Positions 45,981 to 61,350 of a stretch of DNA of 64,000 nt are shown here, piece by piece. The first letter of the stretch is position 1, and each line of letters starts with the position of its first letter. The notes under the pieces were generated by a model. It was not told where the DNA came from, made no database searches, and saw nothing but the letters and a program-made list of their open reading frames with translations. Position numbers and translations under genes: made by a program. The stretch comes from the human T2T-CHM13v2.0 reference genome, Homo sapiens. Location of the stretch: NCBI RefSeq assembly GCF_009914755.1, contig NC_060940.1. One strand, 5' to 3'.

Positions 45981-46072
45981 CTGCAAAGTTAACCAGGAAA
46001 AGACAACTTTAACAACAAATATTTCTGCAACTGTCTGCAAAGCACAGAATAAAAAGAATTAAAATATATCAC

Positions 46073-46200
46073 CTTAATGAGCGAACATTTTGCTTGGTAG
46101 ACAACTCTACAAACATCCACCACTGACTTAGGCAACGTTCTGTGCTTTATTTGCTCAATATCAAGTGCACCTGCATGAACTAAAGATAATGCCACATGAC
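46073..46200 (-). pseudogene. HERC2P exon 29
   Basis: HVALSLVHAGALDIEQIKHRTLPKSVVDVCRVVYQAKCSLIK; AG/GT boundaries. Confidence 0.9.
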
Positions 46201-46307
46201 CTGCAAAAAGACATTTAAAAGAAGGACAGGGAAGGAATGAATATGTACCACAGGTTAGTCGAGGAATCTGCAGTCTAGCTAAAGTACACAGATATTGAGC
46301 TCCTTAC

Positions 46308-46440
46308 CTAAATCTTCATGTTTTAAGAAGCAACATAACAGCAAGCGACCGACCTCTTCCACGGGGTGCTCGGGGGGAAACATGATCGGTGTGGTCAAAT
46401 GGCACTGCCTACAGTACCTTTCTATTTGACACAAAAAGCC
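46308..46440 (-). pseudogene. HERC2P exon 28
   Basis: GFLCQIERYCRQCHLTTPIMFPPEHPVEEVGRLLLCCFLKHEDL; AG/GT boundaries. Confidence 0.9.
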
Positions 46441-46713
46441 CTGCAACAGAAACAGCTGGAGGTAACTTCAGGGCCGGCCAGTGAGTCTTCACAAATCTTA
46501 AACATGCCACAGCTTCTGATGCACTTGCAATCAGTAATGCTTCCGAAGCCTTGCTAGCATGTTAACACAATCAGGTTCTCACCTCAAAACCCTCCAAATA
46601 ATACATGAAACAAAGTCTGTGCTATGTTAACCAAAGAGCACCTAAGTATTCCTATGTCAAAGTCCTCAGATAAACAGAGCACTGAGGTGACAGTGGGGAC
46701 AGGCCTAGCTCAC

Positions 46714-46924
46714 CTTCACGTTGTGATCCTGAATGTTATTGTCTGCAATGACTTACAGAAATGCCTGAGAATGGTCCCCCAGGGCCCATCTGTGGGAGCA
46801 GTGGTGATTTGCTGGCAGGTGTGCCCACTGGGAGCTGCAGTGGTCCTCATCTTTCTCCTCGTTGTAGCTGTAGTGGATCTGGCTGGTCTGCAGCCTCCAG
46901 AGAAGATGGATGACTGAAGCCATT
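46714..46924 (-). pseudogene. HERC2P exon 27 (frameshifted, internal stop)
   Basis: WLQSSIFSGG / QTSQIHYSYNEEKDEDHCSS / CSHRWALGDHSQAFL*VIADNNIQDHNVK; three small deletions plus a TAA. Confidence 0.9.
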
Positions 46925-48964
46925 CTAGAAAATGCACACGCAAACATGAAAGAGAAACTCAAGTGCACAACTCAAAATAAATACTAAAAAAAAAAAAAGA
47001 TGCTCAACTGAACACTCAATTTAGAAGGTAAAATTCAGCATCATTCATATGAAAGAGCTCCACCTAACATGTTTACACAGGTTGACTTGTAATTCCTCTA
47101 TCTACGTGAATACACTTTCTGGTGATTCCACACACCTCAGGCACGGCATCAGAACTCAGGATTGTAGTTCCAGTCCAAAATTCTCTGGATACCTGTGCTC
47201 TGCCTGCAGCTGCCTGGTTCCACAGATACCGTGTGAAGACTGAGTTGCACACTCTAACAAGGAAGGCAGCAAAGGGCACCGCTGACACAACTAATCACAG
47301 GATTTCAAGTCCAAAACTGTGCAACGGATGACTATGGGGGTACCAGGGAGACCGGAGGACAGACCACCGCTATTCTGAGGGTCAGTAAGGGACTTGTGGA
47401 AGCAACAACTGAGCTAAGATGAGGAATAAGACCCAGACGCTGAGTATCCAGGCAGGGAACAGCATATCTGAAGGGTTTCTACAAAGAATTACATCCTCAG
47501 GGTAGGCTATGTATTCCTAGAGCACTTATAAAGGAATGAAAAGGAGAAAATATTTAACAAACACACAATCTTTAATGAAGGATAGATCCTTGGAGACGGG
47601 AGGGCCGATGGACTGGAAAGGAGACCTGTGCATGGTGCAAGGCATGGGATCAGCCAGTGCAAATGTTAATTACAACTGCTTATGGTCACTTGAGGGAGCG
47701 GCACATACACACAAAATTAGGATGTGCACCACTACAGATCTCTATTAACGATCTGTGTTATCAAATACTGCTCCAAATCCAAGCAATCAAAGCGGGGATG
47801 CACTTACTGTTCTTTTACTGGACATTTAGATTTTTAGAGCACTCAGGAGCATTCCCCAACCCACCACATTCGTTCTTCTGAAACACTAATCCAATGCCAA
47901 CTCTCTCTGGCCCCCTTTCTTTAAGCACAGGACAGCCCCTCCTTACTGCTCCAAGATAAGCCTCTGATCCTCCTGTGGCTCGGACCCACCTGCCAGGGCT
48001 CATGGCACCCTCTGCTCTGGAGCTCGCCAGCCCTGCCCTCCTTGTCAATTTAAACAAAGCCCATCTTCTGGCAAGCAATGAGCCTTGAGGAGGAGGGAGG
48101 GAAGCAGACACCTCAGAGGGCACCACAGGCAGTCCAGCACCCAGCACTGCACAAAGGTCCACCCAACGGGGGGCTGTGTGGACACCAAGATCCTCCTTTC
48201 CCGCAAGCCTCTCCCACAACCACTCTCGCAAGCAGCAGGAAAGCCCTGCTCCTCTCAGCATTGCCCTTGACACTCCTGTGTTTTCTGCCCAGAATGCTCC
48301 CTCATGCAATTTCAGGACTGCTGCCGGTGTGAAGCCTTTCTTCTCCCAGAACCACGTATGAACGTCTCCATTTCACCATTCACCACCTTGTAACGTGACC
48401 TGCTTAGAATGCTGGCTCATCAACAAGCAGCAACTGAAAGCAGAGGCGTGTCCTATCCATCACTGCATCCTGAACACCTCGCATGGTAACGGCACCAGGC
48501 AACTGCTCAACAGAAGCTGCTCACACGGACGGACAGATAGACAGATGGGAAATGCACGACTACATGAAGGAAAATGTAAACCCATCTTAGGAGACAGGAA
48601 AAAGCTTATTATTTTAGGTGGTTACAAAGGCTGCCATCCTGAAATATAACTGACTTGAGCCTGGTCTGGTAAAAACGCAGTCCTCAAATAGAACGCTGTT
48701 CCCTGAGAGAACAGCTGATCCACATTCTGTGCAATTTCTGGGCATGCAGGGAGACAAAAGCCATGCTGGGCCCATCAGGCAGAGGCTGCAATACGTGAGA
48801 CCACCACAGGGTAGACGGGTAGACACTCCTGCACACTTTTTAGCTTCCTCTGCAGCAACAGACCATGAGGGCAAATGACAGCCACTCACAGCTGTTTCTA
48901 CCTGATTGAGTCTCACTATCCTTATTATTATTTTTTGTAGCATCATCAACTGTGTTGAATCCTC

Positions 48965-49555
<591 letters not shown>

Positions 49556-49630
49556 CTCTCCCACTCTTAATGGCACTTACAGTTCAAAAAAAATAATCTG
49601 CTAATCAGCAAAAAGCAAAGATTTTCTTAC

Positions 49631-49781
49631 TGGCACATTCAATCTCGACAGGAGACAGCGGTGTGCTCATTGCTAAATAGGAAGTGTGTAATCCGAGAAG
49701 CAGGCCCAGATTCCTCTCTGTGTCTATCAGAGGTGAAGAGAGACTTCCCGGATCTGGTATGGTGACAACTTCTTGGTCAGG
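49631..49781 (-). pseudogene. HERC2P exon 26
   Basis: PDQEVVTIPDPGSLSSPLIDTERNLGLLLGLHTSYLAMSTPLSPVEIECA; AG/GT boundaries. Confidence 0.9.
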
Positions 49782-50774
49782 CTGGAAAAATAAACTTCAT
49801 CATCAATCTGAGGAAACAGAATTAATTAAAAACATAAAACCAAAAGGACAGCTCTGTCCTGCAGCTGTACCGCCATGTGAGCCCAGGGGTGCCCTGGGTG
49901 TTCTGCCCCTCCATCCTGTAATGAGTTGATGCTGCTGTGCCCAAGTAACAGCAGATACCACATAAACCCACATGCCCTATAAAGCTGGCAGCAACCGTAC
50001 ACGCAGAAAAACTAAAGCACAGATACATGATTTGGCTAGAATATTCCTTAGGAATCAGTTTCCAAAGTGACTGTACACCATGCTTCAGAAAGTATAATGA
50101 ATTGTTACATGCATAAAGAACCCACTGGGCAACAAAACTATGACAAGTATTCGATGACAAGTATTAGTGGACTGTGACCACACAGGTAGAGGAAATGAAA
50201 TTTATTCTAACAAAAATCAAACTCTGAAAAAAGCAAGAGTTCAACTTTTCCAGTCACAGAAGATATTTACAGCAAAGTTAATTCTCCCCTTCATAAAATG
50301 TTTTAAGCCCTGCCCTAATGGCATTTAATACATTTTATTACTTGTGGATAGCTGGAAAGCTAATCCCAGTATATAAATTCTATGTGTTCGTGAATACATA
50401 GGAAGGACATATTTCTATTGTAAAGAATTACACTTCTACATAGTTCTTCCCAAAAAATACATACCTCAATATAATAAGCCATTCCAAATTTCTACATAAG
50501 ACCAAAGTTTAACCTCTTTTCTTGTGGAACACTGTCTATATTTCTCACAAATTGATCATTTAAAAAACAATCTTTCAAGACCAGTACATCACAGATCCTA
50601 ACACGAATAAATGTAAATTCATTTATGACAAAACTTCTAAAGGATCTTTATATTATCCCTAATGCCCCCCAAAAGACCCAGATATCAGTACTTCTAGATC
50701 CAAATATTCCTATCACAAACACACAGAGGGTGTCCCCTGCCATCCTCTGCATCACTCAAGGCATACAGCCTCAC

Positions 50775-50878
50775 CTCCAAATATTGGCCAACACAAAATG
50801 CGTGCATGGATTCCCGGGTGACTTCAAACTCGAAAGCAGCTTCCAAAGCTACCACTGGGTTTTCCCCTGCAAACTGAG
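50775..50878 (-). pseudogene. HERC2P exon 25
   Basis: AQFAGENPVVALEAAFEFEVTRESMHAFCVGQYLE; tttcag|...|gtgagg. Confidence 0.9.
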
Positions 50879-51262
50879 CTGAAAGAAAAAGGGAAAAAGC
50901 AACAGGAGTTCAATTCAGCTTGCCTGAAGAGCTATAGGAGAAACAGTGAGTAGGAAATAAGTTAGGCGCTTAACTCAAAAGTGAGGGTTACCAGAGTATA
51001 ATGACCTCCCACTGTCTCCCAGGGTTGCCTGGGCCAACTCAGAACTTGAAATGAGTTCCAAGTATTAAAACAAAAAATGCATAATGAAAGGAAATTCTTC
51101 AAATGTGCTGAATTTGTTGATAAGACAGACACCAAAGCCACAGATACATTAAAATATGCGGGGGCTGGCACAAAACTAAAGAAATCATTTATAAGCCAAA
51201 TACTCTGCTTAAAATGATACAGGCTGTAACTTTTAACCAGGAAATAAGAAGGGTAATCTTAC

Positions 51263-51436
51263 CAAGAATACTATTTCCTGTTAACGACTGTGTCTGGAAG
51301 TCCTTTATATCATACACTTTCTCATCAATCACAATCCAGAAGCCTCCATCTTTATTATGGTTCTCCAAATCAGCTTTGCATATAAGTGTCACTTCCTCAT
51401 TATTTCTACAGTTCTGACCTGTAAAAAAATGACTCT
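51263..51436 (-). pseudogene. HERC2P exon 24 (cytochrome b5-like domain, first part)
   Basis: FFTGQNCRNNEEVTLICKADLENHNKDGGFWIVIDEKVYDIKDFQTQSLTGNSIL; donor gtaaga. Confidence 0.92.
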
Positions 51437-51459
51437 CTGTATACAGAAACCAGAATCAG

Positions 51460-52830
51460 TCCATTGATCAATCAACAGGTAAAATGAAAAGAACAAACTG
51501 TGTGAAAGAACTACAAGCAGAAATAAACAAATCCACAATCACAATGGGAGAAATACATACCTAGCTCTGAAACTAATACCACACATACAAATTCTATTAA
51601 ATATAGAATGCTTTAAAAAAAATCTAGGCAGCATGAATATCAAATCAGGCCATGCCAGGCCATAGAACAAATCTCAACAGATTTCAAAGAAATAAAGTTA
51701 CACAGCATGTGTGCTGACTACAATGCAGTTAAATTAGAAATAGGTTTTCAAAAGTTCATTCAAAATAAAATAAAAATGACTCTGTATATACAGAAAATGA
51801 AAATATTCATCCACATATTTGAAAATTACAAAATACACTTATAAGTAACCCAAAATTCTAAGAAAAAATGACTATGAAAATTAGAAAATGAGTTCAATTA
51901 ATAATCAAAATATTGCAGATCAAAATTGGTGACATACAACTAAATGCATGCTTGAGGGCATTTATGCCTTTAAATGTGTATATTAGGGGGAAAAAGCTAA
52001 AAAAGAAAAGAAACACCAAATCAATAGAAGTCTATTAGTTCATAAAAATACTCAAAAAAAAAGAAAACCTGAGTGGTGGTCACCTATGCAAGTGCTAGGA
52101 TACCAACTCAATATTATGAAAAATAGTTAAAGGGAGGTGGCAGTTCAAGAAGTCAAGCTTAGATTATGTCCTTCCTGTACAAATTGTACCTCCTGCTAAC
52201 CAGACAGCAGAGGGCAAGGTTGGTAGGGGATTTTATAGAGGACACGCAACACATGAATTCCCTGGTCTAGCTTCACAGAACTAAAGCGGGGAGCCACTGA
52301 GCATTACAGGCCTCCTGAGCCAACAGAAAGCATGCAGCATGACTCCAGACATAACACCACCCCAACGAGACTGAATTCAAATCCAACCAAACCTCTAGAT
52401 CTAACCAGCAGATTAATGTAACTAACAGAAGAATATGTTGGTCTAGAATAAGAGAATGCAATCAACCAAGTTCAGAAAATGTGAAGTTCTCCAAAATAAC
52501 CAACTTGCTTCTTTGAAAAAGAAAATGGTATGATCAGAGACAGGGAGAGGAGGGCCTGGAGCCATGTTGTTTGGGGAAAGAGACTAGAAGCATATGTCAA
52601 CCAATGCCAATACACAGAACATATTCAGGTCCTAATTCAAAATTACCACCTAAAAAAGGCATTTTTGAGATAGTCCAGGAAAATGTAACATGGACTACAT
52701 GTTAGATTAAGGAATCACTGTTAATCTTATAGACAGGATAATGATATTGTAGGGTTTTTCTTAAATCCTTATCATTAAGAGGTAAAATGCCTTAAAATGT
52801 TTTAAAGACAGAGTTATGCTTTAAAATAAT
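51460..52830 (+). mobile_element. Ancient L1M fragments
   Basis: Degenerate L1 ORF2-like (ctgactacaatgcagttaaattagaaat) and L1ME-type 3' sequence. Confidence 0.55.
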
Positions 52831-52836
52831 CCAATT

Positions 52837-52950
52837 GGCCGGGCACAGTGGCTCATGCCTGTAATCCCAGCACTTTTGGAGGCCGAGGCAGGCAGATCAC
52901 GAAGTCAGGAGATCGAGACCATCCTGGCTAACATGGTGAAACCCCATCTC
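52837..52950 (+). mobile_element. AluY left arm, abruptly truncated
   Basis: ggccgggcacagtgg...gagatcgagaccatcctggctaacatggtgaaaccccatctc, then non-Alu sequence; no linker, right arm or tail. Confidence 0.9.
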
Positions 52951-53083
52951 CTACCACGCCGTATTACCGCATTTAACAGGTATGATGAAGCAACTGAACA
53001 GGCTATTTTTCCATTTCCATTGCATTTCAACAGAACCCATTAAAAAGTAGTATAAATGGCCCTTAAATACTAATATATTTTAA

Positions 53084-53640
<557 letters not shown>

Positions 53641-54632
53641 CAGCACTATTTGTGTAGCAACACTGTGGCAATAAGCCCAAGTGTCCACCAATAAGAGACT
53701 CACTGAAGAATGATACATAAAAGACATATCTACACACTGAAGACTAAGCTGCTTTATAAAAACAAAGAGCGACACTCTGATAAAGTACTCCAGTATATAT
53801 GGCTAGTAAAAAAAAAAACAAGCAACACAAGTAATGCAACATGCTACCACTAGCATACTCATTCCAGAGAACAAGGAGGTTACAGAGGAGACTGAAAAGC
53901 CAGAGAGAGCAGGTAGGAAAATGGGTGGAAGGGGTGGGCAGGGGAAGTGACAGTGTGTCTCTGCCTAGGTTTGATTTTTGAACCATGTGACTGTATTCCT
54001 CTTTTTTTTTTAACGACTGTAAAACAAAATAAACACTCTTCATACTAGAAATAAAATGTTAGAAAAATCTGGATTCAAAACTAGGATTACTGTTATACAC
54101 TGGCAAAGTTCACTAACATTCCCAAAGGCAGTTTTCTCATTGACATAATGAGATACAACAGCGTGTATGAGGTCCTCAGTGGGCCTGCACCCTACAGGTG
54201 CTCCACACATGCAAATCACTACTATTACCATTACTATTACATAACAGATATAATATATAATTATACTGTCACTACTATAACCAGCATTACATACTAAGAC
54301 AGCCCACGTTCAGAGTATAAAGAAGGCTGTGGAACCCTCTGTAGAAGGTGGGAGGGCCTGGGGCTGTGGGTAAAGGGGAGCTCTCTGGGGCTGTGCCACC
54401 TGAACCTGGAACCTGGGCCCCCAGGTTGGGTCCCCAGGCCTGTGCGCCTCAGCTTGCTCATCATTCACTCTCAACACGGATAACACCTTCAACTGCAAAC
54501 ACGTTTAAAAACCACAGGCCAGCTCCCCCTACCAATACCAGAAAAAGCAAGTCTCCACACGGGCCCAGGATGAGAACCTACAAGTGGTACTAGCTACAAA
54601 ACCCATGGAGAACACGGTTCTTGCACACACAC

Positions 54633-54805
54633 CTTATGAGACGTCGGACAGCTACACGGCAGAGGCATCTACAGGGTGTAGCCAGATCTTCTAAATGGGC
54701 CATGACAACAACCGCCGTTTGTTGCAGATCAATGGCAAGCTCGTTGTCTTGTGGAGGGTGAGGTACCTCAGGAAACTCACTGGGGCTCAGAGGGCCAGAC
54801 AAAAG
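54633..54805 (-). pseudogene. HERC2P exon 10
   Basis: LLSGPLSP...PQDNELAIDLQQTAVVVMAHLEDLATPC...PTSHK with three small indels; AG/GT boundaries. Confidence 0.9.
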
Positions 54806-55833
54806 CTAGAAAGGAAAGGTAAACAAACATTCAGAAATGGTGGGAAAAATTAAAGTAATACAGTTAGCCTTTACCCACTCTTTATATTTTGGTATTGACT
54901 CATTTGACCCATCAAATGACAATGTCGATGATACAGTTATACTATACATCTATATATTTATGTAGCATACAAACTGACTGTATAAATGTCTAAATGTGCT
55001 GTACACATGTACACAACATTGACTGTGCATGTATACATTTATGACACCACAGGTAAGTTGAATCCACACAGATTACTAACATGACCAAACCACCCTACAG
55101 GCCTAGGACCCCTGGAGAAAGGCAGAACCACCTCTGTGGGAACCCAGAACAGCATCTCAAGCTGGCCTTGAAATCTAAAACCAAAACCTTTATTTTAATC
55201 TAAACATTGCCCACTCTGGAGAACACCTACTTTCATTTGCAAATTAAATCATAGTTCTAATTCTTCTAAAGGCAGAAGAGCCCTATTATCATTAGTTTAA
55301 AGACTAACAAATAATAGAAAAATTAAACCAAAGCATGATATTGAAATGCCTAAGACTTTCCCAAAAAGATGCAAAATTCAACTTGTACTTGACCTGTAAA
55401 GACCAGCACTCCTGGAGGTTTACACCCAGGGCCCCACATGCCTGCTCCTCCCCCAGCTCGGCGTCCACACCTGTTAAGGGGGGAGCTGGTACTAAACAGA
55501 GTGACAGCTCAGATGACATGCCCTGCACAGAGCCCAGTACATAGGAAGGGCCAACAAAGAAAGCCACTATTTTCGTTGTTCTTTTCTAGTATTGATTTAA
55601 AAGTGCGTGTTTCAAGCTTGGTTCTGTGCTGACAAGGAAGTCGGTGCTCACTGATCCAAGTCTTCTCCACAAACAAGTGGCCTCCCACACCTGTCTCATC
55701 TGACTCACTGCTGTTACCACCAAATACACACACGCCAGAGAAAAACACTGCCGTGGACACACACACTGGTCTTGCGTAAAAAATAACTAGACTTGAGTAC
55801 CACCTAAACACAACGTTCCATCATGACACTCAC

Positions 55834-56005
55834 GTGCATGTTGCCCTCGGAGGGGGGCGTATCCTTACCACAAATGATGCTCTGGAACGTTTGCAGCAAG
55901 GGCAAAAGCAAGGTGCTGGTGCCCTGGGCAGAACGCTCATTGTCAGTTTCCTGTGCCCTGCTGTCCCACAGCTGAAGCAACAACAGGATGGCAGACAACA
56001 TTTGG
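55834..56005 (-). pseudogene. HERC2P exon 9
   Basis: QMLSAILLLLQLWDSRAQETDNERSAQGTSTLLLPLLQTFQSIICGKDTPPSEGNMH (ORF track 55804..56001); AG/GT boundaries. Confidence 0.92.
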
Positions 56006-56502
56006 CTAAAGGAGAAAACACATTTATTCCTAGTAAAAACAGATTAACTTTTTTTTTCATGGTTGATCAAAAATAAAAGCAAACAGCTAGATAGAAGTGA
56101 AGCAATACTTGGGATATGAAAGGAAATGAAAGTAAAGCCGTGGTAATTAAATCACTGAATTGACACTAAGATTTTAGCACAAGTCATCGCCTTCTGCTGA
56201 TAGGAAAGACCAGTTAAGAAGCTCAAAGAGCACATTCACATGGAAGTTCTAGGATCTTAAATTCATGGAATAAAAATAATTAAATGAGGAAAACTGAAAG
56301 AAAAAAAAAAAAAAGAACAGTTCCCAGGCTAGAAAACTGAGCATAAAAAAGGAAGTGAAGAAAAGGTAAAGAGAGAGCGAGCTCTGGGACATGGTGCTCT
56401 CTGCTGCAGTCAAACACGATTCAGTGAAATGCACACAATGCAACAGGTATTTGGATACAGAGGCGCTTCCCCAAAGCGTTCCCATTCTGCACAAGCCCTC
56501 AC

Positions 56503-56612
56503 CTCAGCGTGCCTCTCTGCACAGCCAGCTCCAGCAGGATGGCCAGAGCCAAGTGCTGGTCCTGCAGGGGCATGCTTCTGGCCTTTTGGTGCCTGGCGTT
56601 CTGTGAACATCC
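56503..56612 (-). pseudogene. HERC2P exon 8
   Basis: tttcag|GGATGTTCAC...ACGCTGAG|gtgagg; DVHRTPGTK / PLQDQHLALAILLELAVQRGTL with a 1-nt deletion. Confidence 0.9.
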
Positions 56613-57058
56613 CTGAAATGAAAACAGTGGATGCAGGAACACAGCGACCTCCAGAAAGACAGTATGCTTACAATCACACTAACATGTTTACTACATGCTC
56701 CCTCCCAAGGAAGGATATATTCTTAATATTTAGAACCAAGTTTCTGAGACTTGCTACTCAAATTTTTCAGAGATTTTTAAAGTATACAATTAACTTACAG
56801 AAATGTATTTTATTTAAAGTATTCATTCAGATACCGTATTACAGTAGATGACATACTCCAAGTGTGTGAAGCATAAAATATCTCATTATCCAAAACATGA
56901 GTAGAAGAATATCTAGCTACCTTTTCCAGTTTCAATGACGTGTAAGCCTATACCAGTATCAACCTTCTCCTACAGAATTAGAGAACCAATTTCTAAAACC
57001 ACCTGAGGATCTGGAGGCAAAATGTCTATACTAATTTCTATCTCTGATCAAAGATTAC

Positions 57059-57188
57059 CTGGTTGCTTACTCCCATACCCAGCTCTCCAGAATTGACTTG
57101 GCCCTATATACAGGTGCAGGAGTTTCATCTTTTTTCTCTTTGTCATCCAGATCTTCTTTCTTTGTTCCACTTGGTTTGACACTATCAT
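57059..57188 (-). pseudogene. HERC2P exon 4
   Basis: ctgcag|ATGATAGT...CAACCAG|gtaatc; DSVKPSGTKKEDLDDKEKKDETPAPVYRAKSILESWVW, then a 1-nt insertion gives TAA in the HERC2 frame. Confidence 0.9.
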
Positions 57189-57381
57189 CTGCAGAATTAA
57201 AATTTTTTAAATCTGTAACCGCTTTTCAGAATGCCATACCATTAGTCAGTCTCTGCAAATGTCCCTCCCTGAAAAGTTACAACACACATCATTAACTGAA
57301 TGTTTGACAACTCAAAAATAAAATATATCAATCATACCTGTAACAGATCCAGTATAATTTTCATAAACAAACCAATATATC

Positions 57382-57662
57382 GGCCGGGAGTGGTGGCTTA
57401 TGCCTGTAATCCCAGCACTCTAAGAGGCCAAGGCCGGTGGATCACGAGGTCAGAAGATGGAGACCATCTTGGCTGACACAGTGAAACCCCGTCTCTACTG
57501 AAAATACAAAAAATTGGCCAGGTATGATGGTGGACACCTATAGTTCCAGGTACTCGGGACGCTGAGGCAGGACAATGGCGTGAACCCGGGAGGCGGAGCT
57601 TGCGGTAAGCCGAGATGGCACCACTGCACTCTAGCCTGGGCAACAGAGCAAGACTCCATCTG

Positions 57663-57693
<31 letters not shown>

Positions 57694-57694
57694 G
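57382..57694 (+). mobile_element. Alu (AluY-like) with TSD
   Basis: TSD aaaccaatatatc; (aaaag)n tail. Confidence 0.92.
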
Positions 57695-58249
57695 AAACCA
57701 ATATATCAAATTATTTAAAGCATGTCTTCCAAAATGATATTTCATTAACTTCCTAGTAGATTTCACAACTGAGAAACTTAGTATTTGATATTTACCTACT
57801 TCAATTTCACACGAATTGCTTCCATCCATTGAGTCCCAATGCTTGCGTACCCATGGGAAAAGGGAGGGTGTAGAAAAGGAGTATGATTCAAAAATCTTTT
57901 AACCCTTTCCAAGGCCCTACTCCACTGCCAACTGGCAAGCACTGCTATGCAGGGGCGCTGTCACTGATAGCATAATTCAAGAGCACTGGGACACAAAGGA
58001 AAAGCTGGGAAAAATGACTTTAGGCCACTGACAATGTAACGTTTCAGTCAAAAACAACTGTCATAAAACTCCTGACATAGTAAGCGAAGAGAAGAGAGAA
58101 CTAACCTTAACCTTGAAGTGTAAACACGGTCCATCACAGAAGGCTGTGACTAAACGTCTAAACAACATAATTAGAAAAATGTACCTCAATCGGTGAAGGA
58201 CATGATATCCCATCCAGATTATAAATAATGAGTATCTAAAAATCCCTAA

Positions 58250-59900
58250 GGAAACAGTTCCTCTGTTTACAACACTTCTGACGCCAAATGTATGGACTTT
58301 TGCACCAAGCAATTCTCCAGTTCTTTGCGACACCCAGCTATGTGTCCCACAATGCAATTCAATTCTGAAACTAACTACCTAGAATTAGCACAGACCCCAC
58401 AGGTTAATAACAGGAGAGAAAAGGTACAATGCTGGAAAAAAAATCTAAAGAACTAATAGCTGAAAACTTCCTAGGTTCAGCAAATGACAGAAACCTAGGC
58501 AGATTGAAGAATCTGTGCAAAGCCCAAACAAGATAAATCCAAAGGAAGCCATGATGAGGCACATCATAATCAACTGCTAAACACTAAGGACAAAACCTTT
58601 TGAAAAGTGCCACAGAAAGTAGATACAGAGGAATGTCTTGTGTGGCCTGAAATTAAGACTAAATATTATGTGCTGCCTTGACGTCAGTAAAATCAAGAAG
58701 GCCTCAAATAGCCTAACCACAAGGTCTCCTCCAAGCTCTGCTCCCACGGATAAGATCCCAGAGCCAAACAACCCTCCTTATCGCGGAGACCCGACCCCAG
58801 CCTGCTCATCCCTGCTGGTCCAGAGTTATTCCAACAAGCCAATCACATCTTCCCACGGAAGCAAGGTCATTTCACCCTCTTCTTACTACAAAATGTGCCT
58901 CCCACAGCCCCTCGTGGTTCACTCTGTTCCCAAGTGCAGCCCCCGTGTGACATGCGGTGTCCCCCACCCCCAGGGCTGTGAGCATGCGTGACTAATAAAC
59001 TGCTATTTCATCTGTCCAGTGTTGGTGTCTTATGTTCAGCCATCCCATATCCCTAAGGCAGGAATCTTTTAGGATTATAAACAGAACTTTAATCAACCTC
59101 TCCTTGGTTATTTTACTGGTTCCATGATACAGCTTTTTCTGTGCAAAAGATCTGAACAGAAACTTCACAAAGGATACAAGAGTGGCAAAGAAGAACATGA
59201 TATTCAGCATTGTTAGCCATTATGGAAATGCAAATTTAAACCACAATGAGATCCCACTAGACGTGTTAGAATGGCTCAACTAAAAAACACTGATAACACC
59301 AAGTGCTAACAAAGACACAGAGCAACAGAAACGTGACAGATTACCAGCAGGAATGCAAACTAAAACAGCCACTTCGGAAAACAGTTCAGCACATGACCCA
59401 ATTTTCACACTACTAGGTCTTTATCCTAGGGAAATGGAAACTATATTCACACAAAATCTGTACAGAAATGCTCACAGCAGGATTACAATTGTGAAAGAAA
59501 AACGGAAACAACCACAAGGTCCTACAATAGCAGAATGGATAAACACAATGTGGTACATCCAAATGATGAAACACCATTCATCAATAAAAAGAACTATTAA
59601 TACACAGAACAACAATATATCTCAAACATATAACTAGGAGTAAATGAAGATGGTTTCAAAACGTTACTTAAAATATGGTTCCACTCACATGACATTCTCA
59701 AAAAGAATACCCTATACTGATGGAGAACAGATCAGTGGTTGCCAGGGTATGAGGCCAGGGGATATGTGATAAAAAGCAGCACCTTAAGGGAGCTTTTGGG
59801 GTGATGAAACTTCTCCATCCTGATGATGGCGGGGGTTAAATGAATCTATAGGGTCAAAATTTACTGAACTAGATACCACAATAAAATAAATTTCATGTAA
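58250..59900. mobile_element. Cluster: MER21 fragment (58250-58405), L1 ORF1 remnant (58410-58630), ERV1-type LTR (58640-59065), L1M 3' end (59150-59900)
   Basis: Motif-level resemblance only (cacttctgacgccaaatg; gctgaaaacttcc; aataaactgct; aatgcaaatttaaaccacaatgagat). Confidence 0.55.
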
Positions 59901-59922
59901 GTTTTTTAATAAAAAAAAAGTT

Positions 59923-61350
<1,428 letters not shown>

